DNA of 64,000 nt. It comes from an uncultured Collinsella sp. (GTDB taxonomy: Bacteria; Actinomycetota; Coriobacteriia; Coriobacteriales; Coriobacteriaceae). The stretch is from the NCBI GenBank assembly GCA_900545445.1, contig UQZH01000003.1:9638-73637 (forward strand). The letters run 5' to 3'. Below the pieces are notes generated by a model, which was given only the letters and a program-made list of their open reading frames with translations, searched no databases and had not been told where the DNA came from. This document shows, piece by piece, positions 36,957 to 47,100 of the stretch. The translations under genes were made by a program, and so were the position numbers. Within the stretch, counting starts at the first letter, position 1. Each line of letters begins with the position of its first letter.

Positions 36957-37880
36957 TTACAGCTTGGCGTCGATGTCGACGCTCTGATACGTAGGGGTCT
37001 GCTGGACGTAGAGCTTAATGCCCATGTCGAGCAGCTGGTTGACGTCGGCCTTCTGGTTGGCGTCGAGGAAGACGGAGCTGTCCTTGCCTCCGACCTGATC
37101 GGCACCGTCGTGGTTGGCGGTGGCGCCCAGGTTGATGGCATCGAGCTTGTAGCCCTGGCAGAACTGCAGCATCTCGGCCGTGTTGCCAAAGACGAACATG
37201 ACGCGCTCGCCGAGGGTGTTGAGCTTGTCCATCTTGGCGAGGGCACGCTCGACGGTGAAGACGTTCAGGCGCACGCCCTGGGGCTTGGCCAGCTTAAGAG
37301 CGCCCTTCTTGATGTCATCGTTGGCGGCAGCGTTGTCGACGACGATGATGCGCTCGGCCTGAACCTTGGTGGTCCAGGTAAAGACAACCTGGCCGTGCAG
37401 CAGACGGTAGTCAAGACGTGCGAGGACGATCTTGGCGGGACCGGAGCTGTGACGGGGCGCCTTGGCCTTCTTGGCGGGAGCCGCGGCAGCCTCGACCGGT
37501 GCGTTGGGGTTGGTCAGACCGGTACGGGCCTCGTTGATGAGGGCCGCGAGCTCGGCGCCCTTGACGGGGACGGGGCTCATAGCGAGCGTCAGTGCCAGCG
37601 GGATGTTGAAACCGCTGACAACCGTGAACTTCGTGCCGTTCTTGGAAAGCTCGACCATGCTGTTGTTGACCGAGCTGCCGAGCATATCGGTCAGCACATA
37701 GACGGTGTCGTCCGCGTTGAACGTGGCGATCATGGCGTCCACCTTATCGGTGATGGGCTCCTTGTCGTCACGAGCAAGCGACACGACGTGGACGTTCGAC
37801 ACGTCGCCGAGAACCATCTCGAGCGTGTCTTTGGCGCCTGCGGCCAGGCCGCCATGAGATGCGAGAATGATCTGATTCAT
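36957..37880 (-). CDS. PTS mannose-family IIA-IIB fusion (ManX-like IIAB)
   Basis: N-terminal IIA (ILASHGGLAAGA) plus an Ala/Pro/Lys linker plus a C-terminal IIB (LARLDYRLLHGQV). Confidence 0.8.
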   Translation of the reverse strand: MNQIILASHGGLAAGAKDTLEMVLGDVSNVHVVSLARDDKEPITDKVDAMIATFNADDTVYVLTDMLGSSVNNSMVELSKNGTKFTVVSGFNIPLALTLAMSPVPVKGAELAALINEARTGLTNPNAPVEAAAAPAKKAKAPRHSSGPAKIVLARLDYRLLHGQVVFTWTTKVQAERIIVVDNAAANDDIKKGALKLAKPQGVRLNVFTVERALAKMDKLNTLGERVMFVFGNTAEMLQFCQGYKLDAINLGATANHDGADQVGGKDSSVFLDANQKADVNQLLDMGIKLYVQQTPTYQSVDIDAKL

Positions 37881-38062
37881 CTTGCCTCCTCCTTTTCGTT
37901 ATGGTCATTATAACGTCTTATACGTTGCTTATATTGCTAATTAGTATAAAGACCGTTCGCGGGTGATAATCGACCGTTGACGGGTTTAACGTATTTGAAA
38001 CGTTGGGGCTGGGTAGGCCGCGCTGGCTGGATAACCCGAGGTCAGACCCTGCGCGCAATCCT

Positions 38063-39145
38063 CTATCGCACAAAGTACCAGGGGCTTTCCTGCACGGTGG
38101 GCTCCAGCGCGATGCCGGTGCGCTCCTTAAACAGATCCATGTCCTGCGATTTCTCCGTCCACCACGCGTTGGGCTTAAAGGTCATGCTCTCAACAACATG
38201 ACCGACAAACACACTGTTGCGCAGCTTGGAGAAGTCGGTGTTCATGATCAGGATGGACGCGAGCACCAGCACGATGCCCAGAACCTTGATCGCGCCGGCG
38301 GGCTCAGCGTAGATGCCAATGCCCACCAGTACGGTGACGACCGTCTCGAAAGACATTACGACGGGAACTTTCGACGTCTCGAGCCCCATGGACAGACCTT
38401 GCATATATAAGATGTAAGCCACGGCTGTGGGGATGAGTCCAAAGCCAAGGAACAGCAGCAGCAGCCGTGGCGACATTGCCGCGGCGACATCCGGCCACGG
38501 AGCCGCGATAGCCGCCATAACCGCACCGCCAAAAACAAAGCCCCAAAACGTGACAGCCAGCGGGTGGACTGTCTTGGTTGCTATCCGGCTAAACACCGCG
38601 AGCGACGCACCGCAAAGGCCTGCAATCACGCCCGACGTGACGCCCCAAACCGAAAAATGAAAACCGGAAAGGTCGCCATTGGTCACCGCAAGCACGCAGC
38701 CAACGATGTTAAAGACAATGGCAACGAGCTTGTTGGGGGTCACGTCCTCGCGATAAAGCACGCGGCCGAGCATGACGCCAAACACCGGCGAGGTGTAGAG
38801 CAGCACCGAGGCCGTGGACATGCCCACCTCGCCCATGCACTCGTAATAGCAGGTGTTGGCGGCGGCCAGACCGACGATACCGACAAGCGCGCAGGGAACA
38901 AGCTCTTTAGGGCTTGCCTTGAACAGGGCCAGCGGGCCCTGAGCCACGGTAGACCCCTCACCCGGACGGCAGCCCATAAACATCAGGACCGGCGCCAAGA
39001 TAAGCGCTCCGACCAACAAGCGAAAGGCAGCCATGCTCTGGGACGAAACGCCCATGGCCGAGATGCCGTTTACAAAGATTCCGATGCTGCCCCACATAAG
39101 CGCGGCGATCAGCACCAGCACATAGCCCAGATTGCTCTTCTTCAA
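38063..39145 (-). CDS. DMT-superfamily (EamA-like) transporter
   Basis: 10-TM EamA-like repeats. TTG start with a GAGGAGG RBS. Confidence 0.75.
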   Translation of the reverse strand: MKKSNLGYVLVLIAALMWGSIGIFVNGISAMGVSSQSMAAFRLLVGALILAPVLMFMGCRPGEGSTVAQGPLALFKASPKELVPCALVGIVGLAAANTCYYECMGEVGMSTASVLLYTSPVFGVMLGRVLYREDVTPNKLVAIVFNIVGCVLAVTNGDLSGFHFSVWGVTSGVIAGLCGASLAVFSRIATKTVHPLAVTFWGFVFGGAVMAAIAAPWPDVAAAMSPRLLLLFLGFGLIPTAVAYILYMQGLSMGLETSKVPVVMSFETVVTVLVGIGIYAEPAGAIKVLGIVLVLASILIMNTDFSKLRNSVFVGHVVESMTFKPNAWWTEKSQDMDLFKERTGIALEPTVQESPWYFVR

Positions 39146-39275
39146 CGCAGCCTCCTCGGTATTGTTTCCAATATGTTTCGTACTACGTTATAGTCGTTAT
39201 ATACATTTTTCAAGACACAAATCGGCGAGCGGATAAGTGATCCGTTTTCCTCCGCCCCCAGCGGATTACTGGGCG

Positions 39276-39340
39276 GTTGCGGTGAAATAGTTCCTAAATA
39301 GAGGCTTCAAGCCCCCAAGCAGGAACTATTCCACCGCAAC
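39276..39340. terminator. 20-bp-stem hairpin GTTGCGGTGAAATAGTTCCT-N25-AGGAACTATTCCACCGCAAC
   Basis: One mismatch in 20 bp. Lies between the SIS stop (39377) and the DMT start (39145). Confidence 0.6.
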
Positions 39341-39376
39341 TTATGAGGACATCGAGCTGTTAGGCCGCTCTATCCC

Positions 39377-40369
39377 CTAGTAGTCCAGCTTCCACATGTA
39401 GCGTCGCGTCATGTAGTCCTTGTGGGTGACGGCAGAGAGCGCGCGCATGTACACGTTGTTGAGAATCGGGGCAAAGATCAGGTGGTTGAAGTATTCGCTC
39501 ACGCTGTCCTTGATGTCATTGAGGCCGAGCTCCTTGGCGTCGAGCTGATAGACGCGCTCGCCACCGTACTGGTTGACGAAGCGGATGCCGCGCTCGTCGT
39601 TGCAGCGGCTGCGGCCGACGCTGATGAGCTGGAACAGCGAGGTGCGCTTGTCCAGGATCTCGAAGGGGCCGTGGAAGAAGTCACAGGTGTTGATGGTGCA
39701 GGAGTCGATCTGCAGCATCTCCTGCACGTTGCAGATGCTAAAGACGTAGGCGGCACCAAAGAGCGGACCCTGAGCCATGACGTTGATGCAGGGCTTGTCG
39801 GCGTTCTGCTCGGCCCACTTGGCAGCGAGCGGACGGGTGTACTCGACGGCCTTGCGATAGATGGGGTCGACCAAGTCGAACGCGGCCATAGCGGTCTCGT
39901 ACTCGGCATAGCCCTCGGTCTGCTGCGTGAGCTCCATGGCGATCATGGTCACGACGGCGGAGTTGGTACGGCCCATGCAGGACTCGTCGACGGCCAGGCT
40001 GTCATACTGGATCTTGTAGTCGCAGACCTCGGTGAGGCCGGACTCGTCAACATAGATGGCGATGGTGCTGGCGCCGTGGTCCTTGGTGACCTGGGCGGCG
40101 ACGATGGTCTCCTTGGTGCCGCGCATGGACACGACGACGGCCAGGGTGTTCTCGTTGACGTAGGCCGGAGTGGCGTGCACGAACTCGTTGCTGGTGTAGC
40201 TGGAGCTCACGACCTGCGTGGCCTCGTGCTCCATAAAGTACTGGGCAGGATAGTTGCCGCCGTTGGATCCGCCAGCGCCAATCCACACGACGCGCTTGAT
40301 GCCGCCCTTGTCTGCCTTGTCAGCCAAAACCTGGGAGACGACATCCTTAACCTGTTCCTGAGTAGTCAT
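39377..40369 (-). CDS. Double-SIS domain FrlB/AgaS-like protein
   Basis: SIS motifs VWIGAGGSNGG and CINVMAQGPLFG; C-terminal RRYMWKLDY. Confidence 0.8.
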   Translation of the reverse strand: MTTQEQVKDVVSQVLADKADKGGIKRVVWIGAGGSNGGNYPAQYFMEHEATQVVSSSYTSNEFVHATPAYVNENTLAVVVSMRGTKETIVAAQVTKDHGASTIAIYVDESGLTEVCDYKIQYDSLAVDESCMGRTNSAVVTMIAMELTQQTEGYAEYETAMAAFDLVDPIYRKAVEYTRPLAAKWAEQNADKPCINVMAQGPLFGAAYVFSICNVQEMLQIDSCTINTCDFFHGPFEILDKRTSLFQLISVGRSRCNDERGIRFVNQYGGERVYQLDAKELGLNDIKDSVSEYFNHLIFAPILNNVYMRALSAVTHKDYMTRRYMWKLDY

Positions 40370-40574
40370 CGTGCATCAGCCTTTCTTCTCGTTTGATGCT
40401 CTCGATGGCATACAAGTTACATACATGTTTTGGTTATGTCGACTAGTTGTATGCTATATTTGTCTTAAAAATTTTGCTGATGCTGTTTTCGATAACTAGC
40501 TACCAGCGGTTTTGTTGTTGTATTGGATACATGCTTAATTAGATTCGCATACAGGTTAGATACAGGTTGATTGC

Positions 40575-41297
40575 ATGAATGCTTCGTCTAAAAAGAAACT
40601 GGCCCAATACGAGCGCTTGGCGGGCATGCTGCGCGACCGCATCGCCGCCGGCACCTACGCGCGCGGAGACAAGCTGCCGTCCGAGATGGAACTCATGGAC
40701 GAATCGGGTCTGTCGCGCAGCACCGTGCGCCACGCCCTTAAGGTGCTCGTTGATGAGGGCCTGGTGCGCACCGAGCGCGGGCGTGGCGCCTTTGTGGCCG
40801 ACACGCCCGCGCTCCACGAGAACAACCTGGTGTTTTCGAGCTATACCAAGCAGGTCGAAGGCCAGGGAATGAAGCCCACCACGCGCACGGTGGACTCGGG
40901 CTTTACCAAGGCGGGCGGCAGCATAGCTAAGTTCTTTGACGCCGCCGTGGGCAGCAAGCTCGTCAAACTTGTCCGTCTGCGTTATCTGGACGATGCGCCG
41001 CTGTGCCTGGAGACTACCTATCTACCACCGAGCTTTGAAGCACTCATCAATCGCGATATCAACGGTTCGCTCTACGCGACGCTGCGTCAAGAATTCCATC
41101 GCGCGCCGGCACGGGGGCACAAGACCTTTGAGGTGTGCTATGCCTCGCAAAACGAGGCGTTTTTGCTCAACGTCGAGCGCGGGCAGGCGCTGATCCTGAT
41201 CACCGACTACGTCTACGACACCGACGGCCGCCCGCTCCATGTCTCCAAGCGCATCCAGCGCACCGACCGTGCCAAATACACCGAGCCCATCGGCTAA
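40575..41297 (+). CDS. GntR/HutC-family transcriptional regulator
   Basis: LPSEMELMDESGLSRSTVRHALKVL HTH plus a UTRA domain. Divergent from the SIS gene 39377..40369. Confidence 0.8.
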   Translation: MNASSKKKLAQYERLAGMLRDRIAAGTYARGDKLPSEMELMDESGLSRSTVRHALKVLVDEGLVRTERGRGAFVADTPALHENNLVFSSYTKQVEGQGMKPTTRTVDSGFTKAGGSIAKFFDAAVGSKLVKLVRLRYLDDAPLCLETTYLPPSFEALINRDINGSLYATLRQEFHRAPARGHKTFEVCYASQNEAFLLNVERGQALILITDYVYDTDGRPLHVSKRIQRTDRAKYTEPIG

Positions 41298-41333
41298 CCT
41301 GCCAAAATAAACCTGTCCCTAAATGGTAGGTTT
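41298..41333. repeat. REP-like palindromic repeat, copy 4 (partial)
   Basis: CCTGCCAAAATAAACCTGTCCCTAAATGGTAGGTTT between convergent GntR and GNAT genes. Confidence 0.5.
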
Positions 41334-41909
41334 GGGGAGATCGGGGAACCAGGTTGGCTTGGGTTGGTTGGGCGTGCGCTCGGCTAGGACCAACTCCATC
41401 CAACACATGTCGTACCAGCGGCCGAACTTTTGGGCGCAGCGGTCAAAGGCGCCCACCAGGCGATATCCCATATGGGCATGGAAGTCCTGACTGTTGTGCG
41501 TCAGATACTCGTCGTCCTTGTCGTGCGGCACGGCGATGAGGGCGCACATGTTGGTGATGCCCATCGCAATCAGACATTGCTTGAGCGCATCGTGCAGCTT
41601 GCGGCCCAGCCCGCCGTGGCGCACGTCGCGCGCCAGGTAGATCGACGTCTCGACCGACCAGTCGTAGGCCTCGCGGCTGTTGAGCGGACTCACATAGGCA
41701 TAGCCTACCGGACGCCCGTCCAACTCCATCACCAGATACGGATAGCGCTTGAGCGTACGCTCGATGCGCCCGGCGAACTCCTCAACGCTCGGCACCTCGT
41801 ATTCGCAGGTAATCGCCGTCTGGCGCACATACGGCTCATAGATGGCAAGCAACGCCGGCGCATCATCGGGCGTCGCCAGGCGAATCGTCGGCTCGGACAT
41901 CTCGGTCAT
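41319..41909 (-). CDS. GNAT-family N-acetyltransferase (phosphinothricin/L-amino-acid acetyltransferase-like)
   Basis: GNAT fold motifs (VGYAYVSP...RHGGLGRKLHDAL). GAGAAGGG RBS. Confidence 0.75.
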   Translation of the reverse strand: MTEMSEPTIRLATPDDAPALLAIYEPYVRQTAITCEYEVPSVEEFAGRIERTLKRYPYLVMELDGRPVGYAYVSPLNSREAYDWSVETSIYLARDVRHGGLGRKLHDALKQCLIAMGITNMCALIAVPHDKDDEYLTHNSQDFHAHMGYRLVGAFDRCAQKFGRWYDMCWMELVLAERTPNQPKPTWFPDLPKPTI

Positions 41910-41933
41910 ACAACCCTTCTCCCCAAAAGCAAA

Positions 41934-41968
41934 GGCCGCCCTGCGCCAAGCTCAGGCGCAGGGCGGCC
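41934..41968. terminator. Hairpin GGCCGCCCTGCGCC-AAGCTC-AGGCGCAGGGCGGCC
   Basis: Perfect 14-15-bp GC stem 3' of the aldolase gene. Confidence 0.7.
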
Positions 41969-41986
41969 CCTTGTCATTACATCAGG

Positions 41987-43012
41987 CTACAGGACAGCCG
42001 CCAACGCGTCGATATCCTCCTGCGTCGTGGCCCAGCTGGTGCAAAAACGCACCACCGTGTGGGTCTCGTCGTACTTTTCCCAGTACTCGATCGCCGCATG
42101 CTCGCGAATGCGGGCCATAACCTCGTTGGGCAGAATCACGAACTGCTGGTTGGTCGGCGTCTCCAAGAAGAACTGGTAGCCGCGCTCGTGTAGCACACGA
42201 CGAAGTGCCTGCGCGGTTTCGATCGCCTGTCGACCAATCTCAAAATACAGGCCATCGGTAAAGAGCGCCTCAAACTGGACGCCCGTCAGGCGGCCCTTGG
42301 CGAGCAGTGCGCCATGCTGCTTAATGCGCGGAATGGGATGCGCCGGAGCGTGCATGCCACAAAACACCACGGCCTCGCCGCAGAGCGCGCCGCACTTGGT
42401 GCCGCCGATGTAGAACACGTCGCACAGCTGCGCCAGCTCGGGCAGGGTAATGTCGCACTCATCGGCCGCCAGCGCATAGGCCAGGCGGGCGCCATCCACA
42501 AACAGCGGAATCTCACGCTTCTGGCACACCGCATGAATCGCCGCGAGCTCGGCCTTGGAATACAGCGTGCCGTACTCGGTCGACAGGCTCACGTACACGG
42601 CGCCCGGGAACACCGTGTGCTCGTAGCTCTCGTTTTCGTAGAACACCTGGATATAGTTCTCGAGGTCCTCGGCGTGCATCTTGCCCTCGTAGCCGGGGAT
42701 GGTGAGCACCTTGTGGCCGCCAAACTCGATGGCGCCCGCCTCGTGACAGGCGACGTGGCCAGTCTCGGCGGCAACGACGCCCTCGTAGGGCGCAAGCAGC
42801 ATGTCGATCACCGTCGCGTTGGCCTGCGTGCCGCCCACCAGAAAAAACACGTCGGCATCGGGGGCCTGACAGGCCTCGCGGATAAGCTGCTTGGCACGCT
42901 CGGTGTGCGCATCGGTACCGTAGCCGGGCTGCGGTTCCATGTTGGTGTCGACGAGCGCTTGCAGCACTGCCGGATGTGCACCGTGGGAATAGTCGTTGTT
43001 AAACGCGAGCAT
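41987..43012 (-). CDS. ltaE: Low-specificity L-threonine aldolase (PLP-dependent beta-eliminating lyase family)
   Basis: Full-length similarity to LtaE (FNNDYSHGAHP..., FLVGGTQAN, PLP-Lys region ...GGTKCGA...). Confidence 0.7.
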   Translation of the reverse strand: MLAFNNDYSHGAHPAVLQALVDTNMEPQPGYGTDAHTERAKQLIREACQAPDADVFFLVGGTQANATVIDMLLAPYEGVVAAETGHVACHEAGAIEFGGHKVLTIPGYEGKMHAEDLENYIQVFYENESYEHTVFPGAVYVSLSTEYGTLYSKAELAAIHAVCQKREIPLFVDGARLAYALAADECDITLPELAQLCDVFYIGGTKCGALCGEAVVFCGMHAPAHPIPRIKQHGALLAKGRLTGVQFEALFTDGLYFEIGRQAIETAQALRRVLHERGYQFFLETPTNQQFVILPNEVMARIREHAAIEYWEKYDETHTVVRFCTSWATTQEDIDALAAVL

Positions 43013-43057
43013 GGCAATCCTCTCTTACCGGGTATCGGTCAGATGATTCAAACTGAG

Positions 43058-43921
43058 CTATTGTACGCCGTTGGGATAGGCAATGCGCGCGGCAAGGCAC
43101 TCAAGCGCCAGCACCAGGGCAAAGCCGCAGCTCACGTCACTCAAAAAATGCGCTCCGATCACGATACGGCCAAAGGCGACGAGCGCCGCGACCGCAGCCG
43201 CCGTCCAAAAGGCTACGCGGCGGCGCGACGGTTTTTCCTTAAAGGCCGCCGCGGGAAGCCCGGCGAGCATAAGACCGATCGCCGCGTGCGCCGTGTGTCC
43301 GCTCGCAAACGACTTGAAGCCGTCCTTAATCACGCCGGCGGCAATAAAGGCCCACTTGTCGGGGTTGCCGATCACCCACCACGGCTGAAAATTGAGCCCC
43401 GGCGTGACCTCGATCACGCGCATGCGCGGGCGCGACCACAGCGGCTTGACGATCACGTTGAGGATAATGGCCTGAGCAACCCACACGGCAAGCACCATCA
43501 ACGCCCAGCGTGCGAGCTCGTCGGACTCGGTCGTGCGCGTGAGGCGATAGACGATAAGGTTGGCAGCGATGACCAGCACAAACGTCAGCACCAACTGAAC
43601 AGCGATGAGTTTGCCGCCAACCTTCAGGGACGAGACGATCTCGTAGCCGACCAGGCCAACGTTGACGAGGATGCCGAGCACGGCGAGCCATTTGCTCCCC
43701 CTGGAGTCGGGACGCACCGCGCGCACGAGCATAACGCCCGCGACGCTTGTCGTCAGCTCGAACGGCAGCTCGCCGGCAGCCTCGATAAAGCGGCCGTACA
43801 TGCTGCCGACGTTGAACAGCGCACTCGAGATCTGATAATCGAAGAAGCTGCCCACGCCCAGACAAAGGCACAGGACAACCGCGATAATGGCGACATCTTT
43901 CTTAAAGATGTATCCGAACAT
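43058..43921 (-). CDS. PAP2-superfamily membrane phosphatase
   Basis: PAP2 motifs SFASGHTAHAA and GAHFLSDV. GAAAGGAAAG RBS at MFGYIF. Confidence 0.7.
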   Translation of the reverse strand: MFGYIFKKDVAIIAVVLCLCLGVGSFFDYQISSALFNVGSMYGRFIEAAGELPFELTTSVAGVMLVRAVRPDSRGSKWLAVLGILVNVGLVGYEIVSSLKVGGKLIAVQLVLTFVLVIAANLIVYRLTRTTESDELARWALMVLAVWVAQAIILNVIVKPLWSRPRMRVIEVTPGLNFQPWWVIGNPDKWAFIAAGVIKDGFKSFASGHTAHAAIGLMLAGLPAAAFKEKPSRRRVAFWTAAAVAALVAFGRIVIGAHFLSDVSCGFALVLALECLAARIAYPNGVQ

Positions 43922-44005
43922 GCTTTCCTTTCGGTCGGTCGAAGGGCGGTCAGCCTGCAATGTAGGTGAGACGAAGATGGCTTTGTCCCGTAAATACCCT
44001 TACAG

Positions 44006-44140
44006 GTTGAGCATAAGTAAGCGAAAACGTTCCATTTGTGGCAAGGTGGCCCGAAGGAGGAGGGAAGCGTACTTGCGTACGCGACCGACGAGTGAGGGTC
44101 AGATTGCCCAAATGGGGCGTTTGCAGCGTCGACCCGTTAG
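44006..44140. repeat. 135-bp repeated 3' element R2 (partner of 31029-31163)
   Basis: GGTTGAGCATAAGTAAGCGAAAACG...GGGGCGTTTGCAGCGTCGACCCGTTAG; ends at the mfd stop codon. Confidence 0.65.
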
Positions 44141-47100
44141 TCGTCGTCGCTCGCGCCTAATTGTTGCAACAGCATGAGCGCCGCGGCCACCGGGCCGGTG
44201 CCGTCGTTGGCGTCGAGGCCGCGACCCAGGCCGCTGCCCGCGCCGGCGCCCGCCTTGTAGGGCACCGACAGCTTGCGGCTCTTGGGAAAGTTCACCGCAC
44301 CGTAGCGAGTCTTAAGCTCAAAGGCCACCTTCTTGGGCACGTCGACGCCCAAAAACGTGATGCGACCGCCGCTGAGCGTGACGCTCTCGAGTCCCAGGCG
44401 CTCGCCGCGAATGCGGATGCGTGCGCGATTGAACAGGTTGAGCCCCGCCAACGGCAGCTCACCGTACGCAGCCTCGGTCTCTTCCTGCACCTCGTCGATG
44501 CTCTCCAGGTCCTCGGCCGCCGCGAGCTTACGGTACACGAGCACGCGCTGATCCACCGCCGGCAGGTACTCCTCGGACAAGAAGTAATCGGCCGGCAGGT
44601 TAATGCCCACGCTCGCCGCCTCCACGCCGGCATCGTCATCGCCACGCGCCTCGGCCACTGCCTGGCCCAGCATCTGCGTAAACAGGTCAAAGCCCACGCT
44701 CGACAGGTTGCCGTGCTGCTCGGCGCCCATAAGCGAGCCGGCGCCGCGGATCTCCAGGTCGCGCATGGCAATGCGCATGCCGCTGCCCAGGTCCTGGAAC
44801 TCGGAAAGTGCAGTCAGGCGCGCCGTGGCCTCCTCGGTGAGCGGCAGCTCGCCCGGGAACATAAAGTACGCGTAGGCCTGCGTGGCAGAACGGCCCACAC
44901 GGCCCTTGAGCTGGTAGAGCTGCGCCAGGCCCAGGCGCTGCGAGTCCTCGATGATGAGCGTGTTGGCGGTCGCGTTGTCGATGCCGCTCTCCACGATGGT
45001 CGTGGCGATGAGCACGTCGATCTTTTTGGTCGCGAACTCGATCATCACGTCTTCGACCTCGCGCGGGCTCATCTTGCCGTGCGCCACGCCCACGCGCGCC
45101 TCGGGCGCGGCCTCGTGTACGCGCGCCACGGCGTCGTCGATGGTCTTGACGCGGTTGGACACGTAATACACCTGACCGCCGCGGCCCACCTCCAGGCGAA
45201 TCGCCGCACTCACCACGTCGGGGTCGTACTCCCCCACGTGCACGATCACGGGACGACGCCCGGTGGGCGGCGTGGTAATCAGGCTCATGTCGCGCACGCC
45301 GCTCGTGGCCATCTGCATGGTTCGCGGAATCGGCGTTGCCGAAAGCGTGAGCACGTCGATTTGCTCGCGCAGGTTTTTGAGCTGCTCCTTGTGCTGCACG
45401 CCAAAGCGCTGTTCCTCGTCGATGATCACCAAGCCCAGGTTCTTGGGGTTCACATCGGCCGAAAGCAGGCGGTGCGTGCCGATAAGCACGTCGATCGTGC
45501 CCTCGGCAAACGCCTTAAGCGCGCGCCTCTGCTGCGCCGGCGTGCGGAAGCGGCTGAGCACCTCGACCTCGAGGCCAAACGGGGCAAAGCGCTCAAAGAA
45601 CGTCTCGTAGTGCTGCTGGGCCAGAATGGTCGTGGGGCAGAGCACCATGACCTGGCGGCCGGAGTCCACGCACTTAAACGCCGCGCGCAGGGCAACCTCG
45701 GTCTTGCCAAAGCCCACGTCGCCGCACAGCAGGCGGTCCATGGGCTTGGGCGCCTCCATGTCGGCCTTAATGTCGGCGATGGCCTCCAGCTGGTCGCGCG
45801 TCTCGTCGTAGGGGAAGCTCTCCTCCATCTCGATCTGCTCGGGTGTGTCGGGCGGACAGGCGACACCGGTAATCGACGAGCGGCGCGTATACAGGTCGAC
45901 CAAGTCAAACGCCAGCTTTTTGGCGTTCTTGCGTGCCTTGTTGGTGGCACGCGTCCAGTCGGCGGTATTGAGCCTGGTCAGGCGCGGCTTGTCGCCGTCG
46001 GGGCCAACATAGCGTGTGATGCGGTCGACCTGCTCAAGCGGCACGTAGAGCTTGTCGCCGTCGGCATATTCCAGCAAAAAGTAGTCGCGCTCCTTGCCGC
46101 CCACTTCCTGGCGCGCGATCTCGCTAAAGAGTGCGATGCCGTGGGTAGCGTGCACCACGTAGTCGCCCGGCTTAAACGGGAACGTGATCTGCGTAATGTC
46201 CACCTTGCGGCGGCTGCGCGCGCGGTTGGCATCCATGCGGGCGTTGAGGTCGGCGATCGAGAACACGGCCAGGTTGGCATCGGGCACCACCACGCCCTGC
46301 GGCAGAGCGGCATCGACAAAGGTCACGCGTCCGCGCGAGATGGTGGGCACGGCGGCGCCGGCGGCAGCCTGGGCGGCACCCGCCTCGAGCGAGCGGGCGT
46401 TAAGCGCGTCGGCCTTGCGCTCGCGAATGGAAGCATGGGCCTCCTGGCGTGCGGCACGATCGGCAGAATCTGCCGCCGCCACGCGTACGCGCTCGCCAAT
46501 GACGCCGGCGTTTTCGGGCGCTGCCGTCAGCGACTCCTCAAAGGTAATGCCCTCGTCGCCAAAGGTGAGCTCCATCGACTCGCGCGCACCGCGGTCGGGA
46601 ATGGCAAACACGCAGGCATAGCGCTTGCCTACGACTTCCTGAATGCGCGTCATAAAGCGATTGTCCGAGCCCGCGATGGCCGGCTGCTCAATCTTGAGCT
46701 CCGCCGTCACCGCGCCGCCGGCGCGAATCAGGCTCACATAGTTCAGGCGCTGCTGAGCACCAAAATCGAGCTGCTGGGCACGTACATACAGACCATCCAG
46801 TCGGTCAATCCCCGCCTCGCCGGCACGCGCCTCGATATCCTCGTAGGCGCGCAGGCAGTCGTCGAACAGCGAGCGCGGCTCGGACAGAACCACGAGTGCC
46901 TTGCCGCTCACGTGCGCCAACGGGCTTACGGTCTGGCCGTACATCACCGGCAAAAAGCGGTCGAGCTCGGGCGTGACGATACGCGCATCCACCATCTCGA
47001 GCAGCGCCGCCAGCTTGCTATCGTCTTGGCTTGCGCGGTAGAGCGCCACGTGCATGTTGTGAACGGCATCATCGGTAAGCGCCAGCTCACGGCAGGGGAA

